Assembly (NCBI GenBank): GCA_039589395.1
Contig: JBDHHK010000002.1
Location: 1,337 to 65,336 of the forward strand
Source of the DNA: Gemmatimonadota bacterium
Lineage (GTDB): Bacteria > Gemmatimonadota > Gemmatimonadetes > Gemmatimonadales > GWC2-71-9
Direction: 5' to 3'
Length of the DNA stretch: 64,000 bases
This document shows, one piece after another, positions 55,049 to 64,000 of the stretch (position 1 is the first letter of the stretch; every line of letters begins with the position of its first letter). Below the pieces are notes generated by a model. The model saw only the letters and a program-made list of their open reading frames with translations, was not told where the DNA came from and did not search any database. Position numbers and translations under genes: made by a program.

Positions 55049-55459
55049 GTGAATATCACGATTTCTGAAGCAGCGAGTTTGGCAATACATGCCCTCGCAT
55101 ATTTGGCGAGCCAAAATGACACGAAGCCGATTTCGACCGGGAAGGTAGCCGAGTCATTTGGATTCTCTGAGGCCCACCTCAGCAAGGTATTCCAGCGGCT
55201 GAACAAATCTGGGTTCCTCAGGTCGGTGAGAGGACCTCAGGGCGGCTTTGTGTTGGCCAAGGAACCTGACTCGATCACGTTGCTGGACATCTACGAGGCA
55301 ATCGACGGCCCGATCTCTCGGCACGGGCCATGTTTGCTGCATAAGACAGAATGTGAGTTCGGTGATTGTGTGTTCGGCAATCTGCTCGAGAGCATTCCCA
55401 AGCAGATCGAAGGCCATCTATCCAGCACAACGCTGGGAAATATAGCCAAGAAGAGATGA
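55049..55459 (+). CDS. Rrf2 family transcriptional regulator
   Basis: S.RGP.GGF.L, ITLLDIYEAIDG, three Cys (CLL...C...C). Confidence 0.92.
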   Translation: MNITISEAASLAIHALAYLASQNDTKPISTGKVAESFGFSEAHLSKVFQRLNKSGFLRSVRGPQGGFVLAKEPDSITLLDIYEAIDGPISRHGPCLLHKTECEFGDCVFGNLLESIPKQIEGHLSSTTLGNIAKKR

Positions 55460-55476
55460 GCATGCGGGTGCGCCCG

Positions 55477-56043
55477 CTAACGTGCGGGCGCGATTAGCTC
55501 CTCCAGCTTGGCGACGGCTCGTTGACCCATGCGTAAGAACTGGTCCGAGCCATCGTACATTTCCCTCAGGTCCCTGCAGTGAAACGGACCACGAGATTGC
55601 CACCAATCCCAATACTCGTCTCTTCGCGGATTGGCAAATTCTCTCATTGCCGATCGGTCTTCGTGCATCTTCCGCGCGGCAATTCCGATGGCCATCATCG
55701 ATCCCGTGAAAAATCCGCACAGATCGCCTTTGCCAAATCCGCCACTGAAGACAGCTGCAGCTCCTAATCGCTCCTCAGGCTCTTCTAGGTATCGCAACCC
55801 GACTGCCAAAGCACATTCGGCACAACCGTAGCCATGCCCAGCAAAGTTCGTCATGTCTTGCGCCATGACGGAGGAATCGATCACTCCCTGCTCCGCCGGC
55901 GTATACTCACTCCAGAAACCTGGTTTGTCTTGCGCTATCAGCCGCTTCCCGATTGTCGGCAATCCCAAGCATCCAACTGCCAGGGGTGAAATGGTGTTGA
56001 TGAATCGGCGCCTACTGAGTCCACACACTTTCTCCGTCCTCAT
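55477..56043 (-). CDS. C-GCAxxG-C-C family redox protein with Tat signal
   Basis: SRRRF twin-arginine; CAE, GG...CG..TG, CRDL. Confidence 0.75.
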   Translation of the reverse strand: MRTEKVCGLSRRRFINTISPLAVGCLGLPTIGKRLIAQDKPGFWSEYTPAEQGVIDSSVMAQDMTNFAGHGYGCAECALAVGLRYLEEPEERLGAAAVFSGGFGKGDLCGFFTGSMMAIGIAARKMHEDRSAMREFANPRRDEYWDWWQSRGPFHCRDLREMYDGSDQFLRMGQRAVAKLEELIAPAR

Positions 56044-56232
56044 CTGTGTTGCCCTCTCGTTTCGACCGTAGCGGTGGTCATGGACGGTCCTGTGTGTCCA
56101 TCCACCCAGATCTCATCAAAAGCAAACAGGCGGTGAGTACGGATCATGTCAAGCGATCCGACGTCTTCACACCTCCCACTCTTGAGGTTCGACAGGCATC
56201 TTTGTCGACAGTTAACCAAACCTGGAGAGCAA

Positions 56233-57288
56233 GTGCGTACTCTTTCGAAGTTGTTGATGGTGCTATCTCTGACGTCGACGCCGCAATTCCCGGTCGCGGC
56301 GCAACACCCACCCAGCTTCAGCGTCGGCAATATCACAGCCGCTGCTGGACAGGTAGAATCGGGTTTCCTGGAAGTCCCAGCGGGAGTCGACGAGGGCACG
56401 CGGATCCCGGTCACCGTGCTTCACGGTACCGATAGCGGTCCGGTGCTCGCACTCGTCGCCGGCACTCATGGTTACGAGTACCCACCGATCACCGCGCTAC
56501 AAAACGTACGAACTGAACTGAATCCCTCGGGCCTATCGGGATCGGTGGTTTTGGTGCATGTGGCGAACATGCCGTCGTTTCTCAAACGCACCATCTACTA
56601 CAGCCCAGTGGACGGGAAAAACCTCAACAGAGCATACCCCGGAAACCCAGACGGAACAGTGAGCGAGCGGATAGCATATATCATCACGACAGAGGTGATC
56701 CAACGCGCCGACTTTTTAGTGGACATGCACTGCGGCGACGGCAACGAGGCATTGAGGCCATACCTGTACATGCCGGTAACAGGCGACGCTGAATTGGACG
56801 AGGCAGTCAGAGGCATGGCGTTGGCATTCGGCATCGACCACATCGTGATCGACCCGGCACGTGCCGACGGCGGCCCATCGGTTTACACCGACAAGACGGC
56901 GCTCGATCGGGGTATACCTGCCATCACGACAGAGACTGGCCAACTTGGCTCGAACGATCCAGTATGGGTGGAGATGGCCGAGCGAGGTGTGTGGAACCTA
57001 CTGCGACACCTCGACATGATTGAAGGAACCGTTGAGCAGGCTGGTGAGGTAGTGTGGCTGGAGAACTATCAGGTGGTGACGAGTCCGGCAACGGGAATAT
57101 TCCGACCCTCTGTGCGAGATGGTTACGCTATTGCGGCGGGAGGCATGCTGGGCGTCCTCGTGGACTTCTTTGGCGATCCCATTGAAAGGATCACGGCACC
57201 GTTTGCTGGAGTGGTAAACTACGTGATCGGTACTCCACCGGTAACCGAGGGTGAGCCTGTCGCGATGCTGAGCCGGATCAGGCGCTGA
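56233..57288 (+). CDS. Succinylglutamate desuccinylase/aspartoacylase (M14) family protein, exported
   Basis: GTHGYE, NLNRAYPG, DMHCG, TE.G; C-terminal biotinyl-like hairpin; start uncertain. Confidence 0.88.
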   Translation: MRTLSKLLMVLSLTSTPQFPVAAQHPPSFSVGNITAAAGQVESGFLEVPAGVDEGTRIPVTVLHGTDSGPVLALVAGTHGYEYPPITALQNVRTELNPSGLSGSVVLVHVANMPSFLKRTIYYSPVDGKNLNRAYPGNPDGTVSERIAYIITTEVIQRADFLVDMHCGDGNEALRPYLYMPVTGDAELDEAVRGMALAFGIDHIVIDPARADGGPSVYTDKTALDRGIPAITTETGQLGSNDPVWVEMAERGVWNLLRHLDMIEGTVEQAGEVVWLENYQVVTSPATGIFRPSVRDGYAIAAGGMLGVLVDFFGDPIERITAPFAGVVNYVIGTPPVTEGEPVAMLSRIRR

Positions 57289-57307
57289 CTGTTCGAGAAG
57301 ATGTCAA

Positions 57308-58900
57308 ATGGAGAAAGCTATGCTCAAAAGGCGGATGGGATGGTTTGCTAAGGTTCTCGCTGTGATGGCTGCCGCGTTCCCTTCGCCTGCCGCCGCACAG
57401 ACTGCGCAAGGTAGTCAGTCCGAATTTGATGTGGTTGAAGCTACGATTGCTGAAATCCACGCCGCTATGAACGCCGGCGAGTTGACTGCCCGCGAGCTGG
57501 TACAGTTCTACCTTGCCCGAATTGAAGCGTACGATAAGCAAGGGCCCGCAATCAACGCTATCATCTCCATCAACCCGAAGGCCGTTGCTCGCGCTGCAGA
57601 ACTGGACAGCATCTTTGCCGAATCAGGTATGGTGGGACCCTTGCACGGGATTCCAGTGATCGTGAAGGACAACTACGACACACACGACATGCCGACGACG
57701 GCCGGCTCACTATCGCTTGCCGGCTCAATTCCGCCTGATGATGCATTTCAGGTGCGACGTATCCGGGAAGCGGGAGCAATCGTTCTCGCGAAGTCGAATA
57801 TGGCCGAGTTCGCATTCTCCCCGTACGAGACAGTTGGCTCGATGTTACCCGGCTACACACGCAATCCCTACGCGCTGAATCGTGTAACTGCCGGATCGAG
57901 TGGAGGAACCGCCGCGGCGGTCGCAGCCAGCTGCGGCGCCGTTGGTTTGGGCACCGACACCGGCAACTCGATCAGAGGACCATCTTCCCACAACGCACTG
58001 GTCGGAATTCGTTCCACAATGGGGCTGACGAGTAGGGATGGGATAATCCCGCTGTATCTCGATCACGACATAGGTGGACCAATGGCTCGAACGGTCGCAG
58101 ACGCCGTCGCGGTATTCGACGTAATCACCGGATACGATCCAGCCGACCCGGTCACTGCCGAGAGCAGAGGTCACGTCGCTGATGGCTACGGCGATGTGCT
58201 CGACCCGCACGCTTTGAACGGCGTCCGGCTCGGGGTAATGCGGCAGTGGTCAAACCGCGACGGGGCCGACCAGGAGGTCCTGGCACGATTCGAGGAGGCC
58301 TTGGATGACTTACGACGAGCAGGCGCATTGATTGTCGATTCAGTAATGATTCTCGAGATGGACGAACTGCGGCGCAGTGGTCTCTGGTGCAGCCGTTTCA
58401 AGTTTGACCTCAACGACTATCTCAGCAGCCTGGGTCCGGAAGCGGAGGTCAAGAGCCTAGATGATGTCCTGCAGTCGCGCGGATACCATCCCACCATCAG
58501 AGCCAGACTAGAGTATTTCCGGGACGTCGAAGGGCCGCCGAATGAGAACGACGGTTGCGTCCGGTCCATTGAGAACCGAACTCGCCTCCGCGCGGCAGTA
58601 CGTAGAGAACTCACGGCCCAAAACCTTGATGCGATGATCTTCCCAACGTGGGCAAACGCACCACGGTTGATAGGCGACCTGAGCAGCCCTCACGGCGATA
58701 ACAGCCAAGATCTCTCTCCCCACACCGGATTCCCGGCGATCACGGTGCCCATGGGTTACGTAAAGGGTACGTTGCCGGTCGGGCTACAGTTTTTCGGGGA
58801 TGCTTGGACTGAGCCCACGCTGATCGCCTTTGCGTTCGCGTACGAGCAGGCGACCAAGCACAGAATTCCCCCGGCGACAACACCGCCACTTCGAAACTGA
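57308..58900 (+). CDS. Amidase signature family protein with signal peptide
   Basis: GPLHGIP..VKDN, GSSGG, GTDTGNSIRGP. Confidence 0.92.
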   Translation: MEKAMLKRRMGWFAKVLAVMAAAFPSPAAAQTAQGSQSEFDVVEATIAEIHAAMNAGELTARELVQFYLARIEAYDKQGPAINAIISINPKAVARAAELDSIFAESGMVGPLHGIPVIVKDNYDTHDMPTTAGSLSLAGSIPPDDAFQVRRIREAGAIVLAKSNMAEFAFSPYETVGSMLPGYTRNPYALNRVTAGSSGGTAAAVAASCGAVGLGTDTGNSIRGPSSHNALVGIRSTMGLTSRDGIIPLYLDHDIGGPMARTVADAVAVFDVITGYDPADPVTAESRGHVADGYGDVLDPHALNGVRLGVMRQWSNRDGADQEVLARFEEALDDLRRAGALIVDSVMILEMDELRRSGLWCSRFKFDLNDYLSSLGPEAEVKSLDDVLQSRGYHPTIRARLEYFRDVEGPPNENDGCVRSIENRTRLRAAVRRELTAQNLDAMIFPTWANAPRLIGDLSSPHGDNSQDLSPHTGFPAITVPMGYVKGTLPVGLQFFGDAWTEPTLIAFAFAYEQATKHRIPPATTPPLRN

Positions 58901-58979
58901 AGTTGCGAATATCTTGCCCTGCGAGCGATATATCAGACTTGCAGAATCCAGAAGTAACCAACAACCCGGAGGAGAAGCC

Positions 58980-60386
58980 GTGGGCGGAATGTTTGGCGTT
59001 GTCTCGAAAGACGATTGTGTATCTGACCTCTTCTACGGCACGGACTATCACTCTCACCTGGGGACGATGCGTGGCGGCCTCGTAGTCAAAAACGGCCAAG
59101 GATTCACGCGCTTCATTCACGACATCACAAACGCACAGTTTCGCAGCAAGTTCGAAGACGACCTGCCAGAACTGAAAGGCACGATGGGCATCGGAGTCAT
59201 CAGTGACTACGAGGACCAGCCGCTGATAATCGGATCACATCACGGTGTGTATGCAATCGTGACAGTGAGCAAGCTCGACAACCTCGACGAATTGGCGGCA
59301 GCCGCATTCAAGAAGCGAAATGCGCACTTCTCTGAGATGTCTGGCAACGAGATCAACCCGACCGAGCTTATCGCGAGCCTCATTGACGAAGGCGACACAA
59401 TCGAAGACGGCATTCGATATGCGCAGGAACAGATAGACGGATCCTGTTCGATTCTGCTGCTCACAGAGAAGGGGATCTACGCTGCTAGAGATCTTCTTGG
59501 TAGAACTCCGATCGTGCTCGCACAAAAGGAAGACGCCTACGCTGCAACTTTCGAGTCGTGCGCGCTTGCGAACTTGGACTATGAGGTCACCAAATACCTA
59601 GGTCCCGGCGAAGTAGTGCGTTTGAACCACGATGGTTTCGAACAGATGAAGCAGCCAGCCGATAGGCTGCAGATCTGTTCGTTCCTATGGGTTTACTACG
59701 GGTATCCCGCGTCGAACTACGAGAATACCAATGTGGAAGTGGTTCGAAACCGGTGCGGAGCCTGTTTAGCAAAGCGCGACAATGTGGAGGTTGATATCGT
59801 GGCCGGCATACCCGACTCGGGAACGGGGCACGGATTCGGGTATTCGATGGAAGCCGGCGTTCCATATCGTCGACCGTTCGTCAAGTACACGCCAACCTGG
59901 CCGCGGAGTTTCATGCCACAGGACCAGCGTGTTCGCGACACAGTGGCGCGGATGAAGCTGATACCTATTCGAGAGATCATAAAGGGCAACCGCCTACTGT
60001 TTTGCGAAGATTCGATCGTGCGCGGAACGCAGCTGCAGGACATCATTCGGAGGCTGTACGAATATGGCGCTCCGGAGGTGCACATGCGTCCTGCGTGTCC
60101 GCCGCTCATATTCAGCTGCAAATTCTTGAACTTCTCCCGCTCTGGATCCGTTATGGACCTAGCAGGACGAAAAGGCATCCAGGAACTGCAACCCGACGGT
60201 CCCTCTGACAGCGAGCTGGCCGACTACGCCAATCCCGACTCCGACCTCCACGGCGCAATGGTCGACCGCATCGGTAGGCGTTTGAGGCTCACAACGTTAC
60301 GGTATCAAAGGCTGGACGACCTTGTGGACGCCATCGGATTACCAAAGGAGCGACTCTGCACCTACTGCTGGGACGGCGCTGAGTAG
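58980..60386 (+). CDS. purF: Amidophosphoribosyltransferase-like protein lacking catalytic Cys1
   Basis: GTG start after GGAGG; N-terminus MGGMFG; GIPDSG, EDSIVRGT PRPP motif, CPP and CTYC Fe-S Cys. Confidence 0.85.
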   Translation: MGGMFGVVSKDDCVSDLFYGTDYHSHLGTMRGGLVVKNGQGFTRFIHDITNAQFRSKFEDDLPELKGTMGIGVISDYEDQPLIIGSHHGVYAIVTVSKLDNLDELAAAAFKKRNAHFSEMSGNEINPTELIASLIDEGDTIEDGIRYAQEQIDGSCSILLLTEKGIYAARDLLGRTPIVLAQKEDAYAATFESCALANLDYEVTKYLGPGEVVRLNHDGFEQMKQPADRLQICSFLWVYYGYPASNYENTNVEVVRNRCGACLAKRDNVEVDIVAGIPDSGTGHGFGYSMEAGVPYRRPFVKYTPTWPRSFMPQDQRVRDTVARMKLIPIREIIKGNRLLFCEDSIVRGTQLQDIIRRLYEYGAPEVHMRPACPPLIFSCKFLNFSRSGSVMDLAGRKGIQELQPDGPSDSELADYANPDSDLHGAMVDRIGRRLRLTTLRYQRLDDLVDAIGLPKERLCTYCWDGAE

Positions 60387-60578
60387 GCGGTCGCAGGTAG
60401 GCTCTTCAATTCAGACTACGGTCACGGCGCGTTTGGCAGAGTTGCAGAGTTATTTGGGTGCAGTTCTGCGCGCCTGCATCGCTCTGCCCCCGCACCGCTG
60501 CGTCTCTATAAACCCACCCCCTGCCCCACCGGCGCCAGTCAATTATCTTTTCTGCCCACACGATTTCCACGGAGAAGA

Positions 60579-61880
60579 ATGATGAGTCTTTTTTCAGATC
60601 GGACTGCGCTGATAGACACCGAAAACGCTTTCAAGGTCGGTCCCTACATCGCTCAGATCGAGAATGCGGGCCACAAGGTGATCAAGTGCAACCTTGGAGA
60701 ACCGGATTTCGCTCTCCCAAAACACATCCGTGAGGAAGTCAAACGTCAGATCGACAACGATCTCACTCACTACTGCGACCCGCAAGGCATACTTCCGCTC
60801 CGCGAGTCGATTGCGAAATACATGGGCGAGAGCAGAGGATTGGACCTCACGCCTGACCGTGTCGTCGTCTTTCCCGGGGCCAAACCACCGATCGGTTTTT
60901 GCCAACAGACCTATTGCAACCCAGGTGATGAGATCATCTACCCAAGCCCTGGATTCCCCATATACGAATCGTTCATCGGCTATGTGGGAGCGAAGCCAGT
61001 CCCGTTACACCTAGAGGAGGAAAAGGGGTTCGCCTTCAACGGTGATGACCTAGCGGGCCTGATCACCGATCGAACTAGACTCATCTTTATCTGCTTCCCA
61101 TCGAACCCCACTGGTGGCGTAGCGTCGAGGGAAGAACTCGAAGACATCGCCAGCGTGATCAGAGAAAAGGCGCCGGCGAATTGCAGGATTTATTCGGACG
61201 AGGTATACGAAAACATCCTGTTTGACGGCAGCGAGCACGTCTCTATCGGATCGTTCCCCGGGATGGAGGAGCGAACAATTCTCGTGTCGGGTGCCTCGAA
61301 ATCGTATTCGTGGACAGGCGGGCGTATTGGCTGGGCAGTTTTCCCGACTGCAGAAGAAGCGGCGATCTTCAAGAACCTGAACATCAACTACTTCTCGTGT
61401 ACGGCTGCTTACAACCAGATGGGCGTCAAGTTAGCCATTGAATCCCCGGAAAGTGGACCGGCGATTCAAGAGATGGTGACCGCTTTCGAGGAACGCCGTG
61501 ACCTGGTGGTGAGCGGATTGAACGCGATTGATGGAATCACCTGCCAGAATCCCAAGGGCGCATTCTATGTCTTCCCCAACATCGGCGGTGTGTGTGAATC
61601 GCTCGGGGCGATCGAGGCCCATAAGAACCTGCCCGACGACATCAGAGGCCAGTCCAGTCCCAGCACACTATTCCAGATGTTCCTGCTTTTCAAATACCAC
61701 GTGGCCACCATGGATAGGCGGTCGTTCGGGAAGATCGGAGATGAAGGCAAACACTTCCTCAGACTATCGATCGCGACGGGAATAGACGATTTGCGTGAGG
61801 GCGTGCGACTCATCGGAGAAGCTTCGAAAGACGGAGAAGGGTTTGCCGCGTACTTGAGTAGCGGAGATCCACTGTACTGA
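60579..61880 (+). CDS. Class I/II PLP-dependent aminotransferase (AspC-like)
   Basis: GEPDF, PSNPTG, SDEVY, SKSYSWTGGRIG, GAFYVFPN. Confidence 0.92.
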   Translation: MMSLFSDRTALIDTENAFKVGPYIAQIENAGHKVIKCNLGEPDFALPKHIREEVKRQIDNDLTHYCDPQGILPLRESIAKYMGESRGLDLTPDRVVVFPGAKPPIGFCQQTYCNPGDEIIYPSPGFPIYESFIGYVGAKPVPLHLEEEKGFAFNGDDLAGLITDRTRLIFICFPSNPTGGVASREELEDIASVIREKAPANCRIYSDEVYENILFDGSEHVSIGSFPGMEERTILVSGASKSYSWTGGRIGWAVFPTAEEAAIFKNLNINYFSCTAAYNQMGVKLAIESPESGPAIQEMVTAFEERRDLVVSGLNAIDGITCQNPKGAFYVFPNIGGVCESLGAIEAHKNLPDDIRGQSSPSTLFQMFLLFKYHVATMDRRSFGKIGDEGKHFLRLSIATGIDDLREGVRLIGEASKDGEGFAAYLSSGDPLY

Positions 61881-61965
61881 TCGCTGTTGCGAATTTCTCG
61901 GCGCGGTCCCCGTTACCGGTGGCCGCATGGCGACTCTGCCACCGAATATCGAAAGGAAAAGCCAA

Positions 61966-64000
61966 ATGGAATTCACACTCGGACCCCGGCGCGCGACGTA
62001 CGTCGATATCTCCGAGGAGTTGAAAGATGGCAAGGCTCCGTTTTCATCTGACGACCTCGCCGTCTTCGAGCAGCTCGATCTCATATACCGCACTCTCTGC
62101 GCGATTCTCTACAACTATGTACCAATGTCCGGGCACCCCGGCGGTTCGGTCTCTTCTGGTCGATTCGTCGAATGCATCCTGTATGACGCCATGGACTACG
62201 ACGTTTCCGACCCGGACAGGCAAGATGCCGACCTGATATCGTATGCAGCCGGTCATAAGGCGCTTGGTTTGTACGCCATGTGGGCACTTCGTAATGAGGT
62301 CATTCGAATCGGCGCTCCCGATATGCTTCCCTCTGATGTCAGATTGCAGCTGCGTCTAGAAGACTTGCTGGGTTTTCGCCGAAACCCCATCACGGACACT
62401 CCGCTCTTCCAGAAGTTTCAGTCGAAGGCACTCGATGGGCACCCGACGCCTGCGACGCCGTTCCTCAAGCTCTCGACCGGTGCATCTGGAGTAGGTGTTG
62501 CGACATCGTTGGGATTGGCCTACGGCGCCAAAGACTTCTACGGCGACAAGGCTCCGCGTCTGCACGTGGTAGAGGGAGAAGGTGGGCTTACACCTGGTCG
62601 AGCGTACGAGACCCTCGCGGCCGCCGGATCAGCGTCGCTCGAAAACGCGATACTCCATATTGACTGGAACCAGGCATCAATTGACTCCAACAATGTCTGC
62701 CGCGAAGGCGATACGCCTGGCGACTATGTGCAGTGGGATCCAAAGGAGCTCGCGTACCTACACGACTGGAATGTCATTTACGTGCCCGACGGAACTGACT
62801 TCCAACAGATTGTCGCCGCACAAAGAATGGCACCTAGGCTGCCGAACAGTCAGCCGACAGCGATCGTCTACAGAACGACAAAGGGCTGGCTGTACGGTAT
62901 CGAGGGCAAGGCCTCACACGGTGCCGGCCACGCCTTGTGCAGTGACGGCTTCCACCATGCGTTGGCACCGTTTGTTCACCAGATCGTCGGCGAGTTCCCC
63001 AGGTGCGAGAACGGTGAAAAGTGCTGCGGGGGTTCTGACAAGGCCACGGTTGAAGATTGCTACTGGCAAGCTCTTCAGATCATTCGCAAGAGCCTCGAAG
63101 AAAATACGACGGTCACTGAAGCGTTGGCGGGCCGCCTAATCGCGTCGCGCGATAGGCTGAACCAATCAAACAGGGAGCCACGCCCCAACGCACCGGCTGT
63201 AGACAAGCTCCACGAGACCGTTGCGGCAGCAGGAACAAGTACGCCCGACGAGCTCAAGCTGGAGGTCGGCTCGAAAACAACGATTCGTGGTGCGCTGGGC
63301 AATGCGCTCAACGTTCTCAACAAGGCTTCTAACGGAGCGATTCTAGCAGGTTCAGCCGACCTGCTGGGATCAACCAGTGTCAGCGCAGCTGCCAAAGGAT
63401 TTGCCGAGGGGTTCTATAACGCGAGCACCAACCCCGAAGCGAGGCTTTTGTCTATCGGTGGGATTTGTGAGGATGCGATGAGTGGTATACTCGCCGGAAT
63501 CTCAACTTACGGTCGCCATCTAGGAGCCGGTTCGTCGTATGGAGCTTTCATTGGCGCACTCGGGCACATCTCTTCTAGACTCCACGCAATCGGCTCACAG
63601 GCGCGTCAACATATTAAGACGGAACCATACAACCCGTACGTGCTGATCTGCGCACATGCAGGGCTCAAAACGGGCGAAGACGGTCCCACTCATGCCGATC
63701 CGCAGCCGTTACAGCTGCTTCAGGACAACTTCCCCGCCGGCACGGTCATAACCATGACGCCGTGGGATCCACAAGAAGTATGGCCGCTGTTGATCGCCGC
63801 TCTCGCCAAACGCCCCGCCGTTGTGGTCCCGTTTGTTACACGACCGAACGAGACTGTCATCGATCGCGAGGCTTTGGGCCTGGCTCCGCCCAGCGCAACC
63901 GCCAAGGGTGTTTATGCTCTGCGACAAGCCAACGGTAACGGCGATGGCGCAATCGTATTGCAGGGTAGCGAGGTAGCCTACGCCTTCGTGCAATCGGCGC
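61966..64000 (+). CDS. Divergent transketolase-family protein (3' truncated; absent from ORF track)
   Basis: Reads MEFTLGPRR...SGHPGGS...YAAGHKA...LDGHPTP...STGASG...EGEGGL...DWN...TTKGW...GEDGPTH. Confidence 0.85.
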   Translation, partial: MEFTLGPRRATYVDISEELKDGKAPFSSDDLAVFEQLDLIYRTLCAILYNYVPMSGHPGGSVSSGRFVECILYDAMDYDVSDPDRQDADLISYAAGHKALGLYAMWALRNEVIRIGAPDMLPSDVRLQLRLEDLLGFRRNPITDTPLFQKFQSKALDGHPTPATPFLKLSTGASGVGVATSLGLAYGAKDFYGDKAPRLHVVEGEGGLTPGRAYETLAAAGSASLENAILHIDWNQASIDSNNVCREGDTPGDYVQWDPKELAYLHDWNVIYVPDGTDFQQIVAAQRMAPRLPNSQPTAIVYRTTKGWLYGIEGKASHGAGHALCSDGFHHALAPFVHQIVGEFPRCENGEKCCGGSDKATVEDCYWQALQIIRKSLEENTTVTEALAGRLIASRDRLNQSNREPRPNAPAVDKLHETVAAAGTSTPDELKLEVGSKTTIRGALGNALNVLNKASNGAILAGSADLLGSTSVSAAAKGFAEGFYNASTNPEARLLSIGGICEDAMSGILAGISTYGRHLGAGSSYGAFIGALGHISSRLHAIGSQARQHIKTEPYNPYVLICAHAGLKTGEDGPTHADPQPLQLLQDNFPAGTVITMTPWDPQEVWPLLIAALAKRPAVVVPFVTRPNETVIDREALGLAPPSATAKGVYALRQANGNGDGAIVLQGSEVAYAFVQSA

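Noticed and set aside
58830-58979. N-terminal extension or propeptide of PurF
   Set aside because: Overlaps the amidase gene; strong RBS precedes GTG 58980
62582-63139. 185 aa ORF and other short ORFs after 62000
   Set aside because: Alternative frames of the transketolase-family gene
1-64000. CRISPR array, rRNA, transposase or integrase genes
   Set aside because: No regularly spaced repeat-spacer pattern or recognisable motifs seen by eye

Overview
Bacterial chromosomal window (about 60% GC by eye, gene dense). Gene content (TonB/ExbBD cluster, TM Ser/Thr kinase with TPRs, BTAD-AAA regulator, Big-domain lipoprotein peptidases, plug-like lipoprotein) suggests Gemmatimonadota; this is an inference. 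In order: amino-sugar recycling genes with an IscA-like gene; a TonB-ExbB-ExbD-ExbD-TonB-like motor cluster; two-component genes; tRNA-Ala(TGC) with a ~1.2 kb att-like mini-island that duplicates the tRNA 5' half; NhaC; a cluster of secreted/lipoprotein metalloproteases; a translationally coupled four-gene sphingolipid-like operon; signalling genes; VIT-vWA/ECF/anti-sigma; sugar genes (galK, nagB); an Rrf2/Fe-S module; amidase, a Cys1-less PurF, an aminotransferase and a divergent transketolase running off the end. No CRISPR array, rRNA, transposase or integrase was seen. The best leads are: (1) an M6 protease ending in a dockerin-like module, coupled to a cohesin-sized lipoprotein (possible cellulosome-like protease anchoring); (2) Spt-bCerS-CerR plus an Aur1/IPC-synthase-like PAP2 enzyme; (3) the integrase-less tRNA 5'-half island with arm-like repeats; (4) a plastocyanin homolog lacking its Cys/His copper ligands; (5) short heptamer/octamer repeats between and within genes. 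All calls come from reading motifs by eye; no searches were run.
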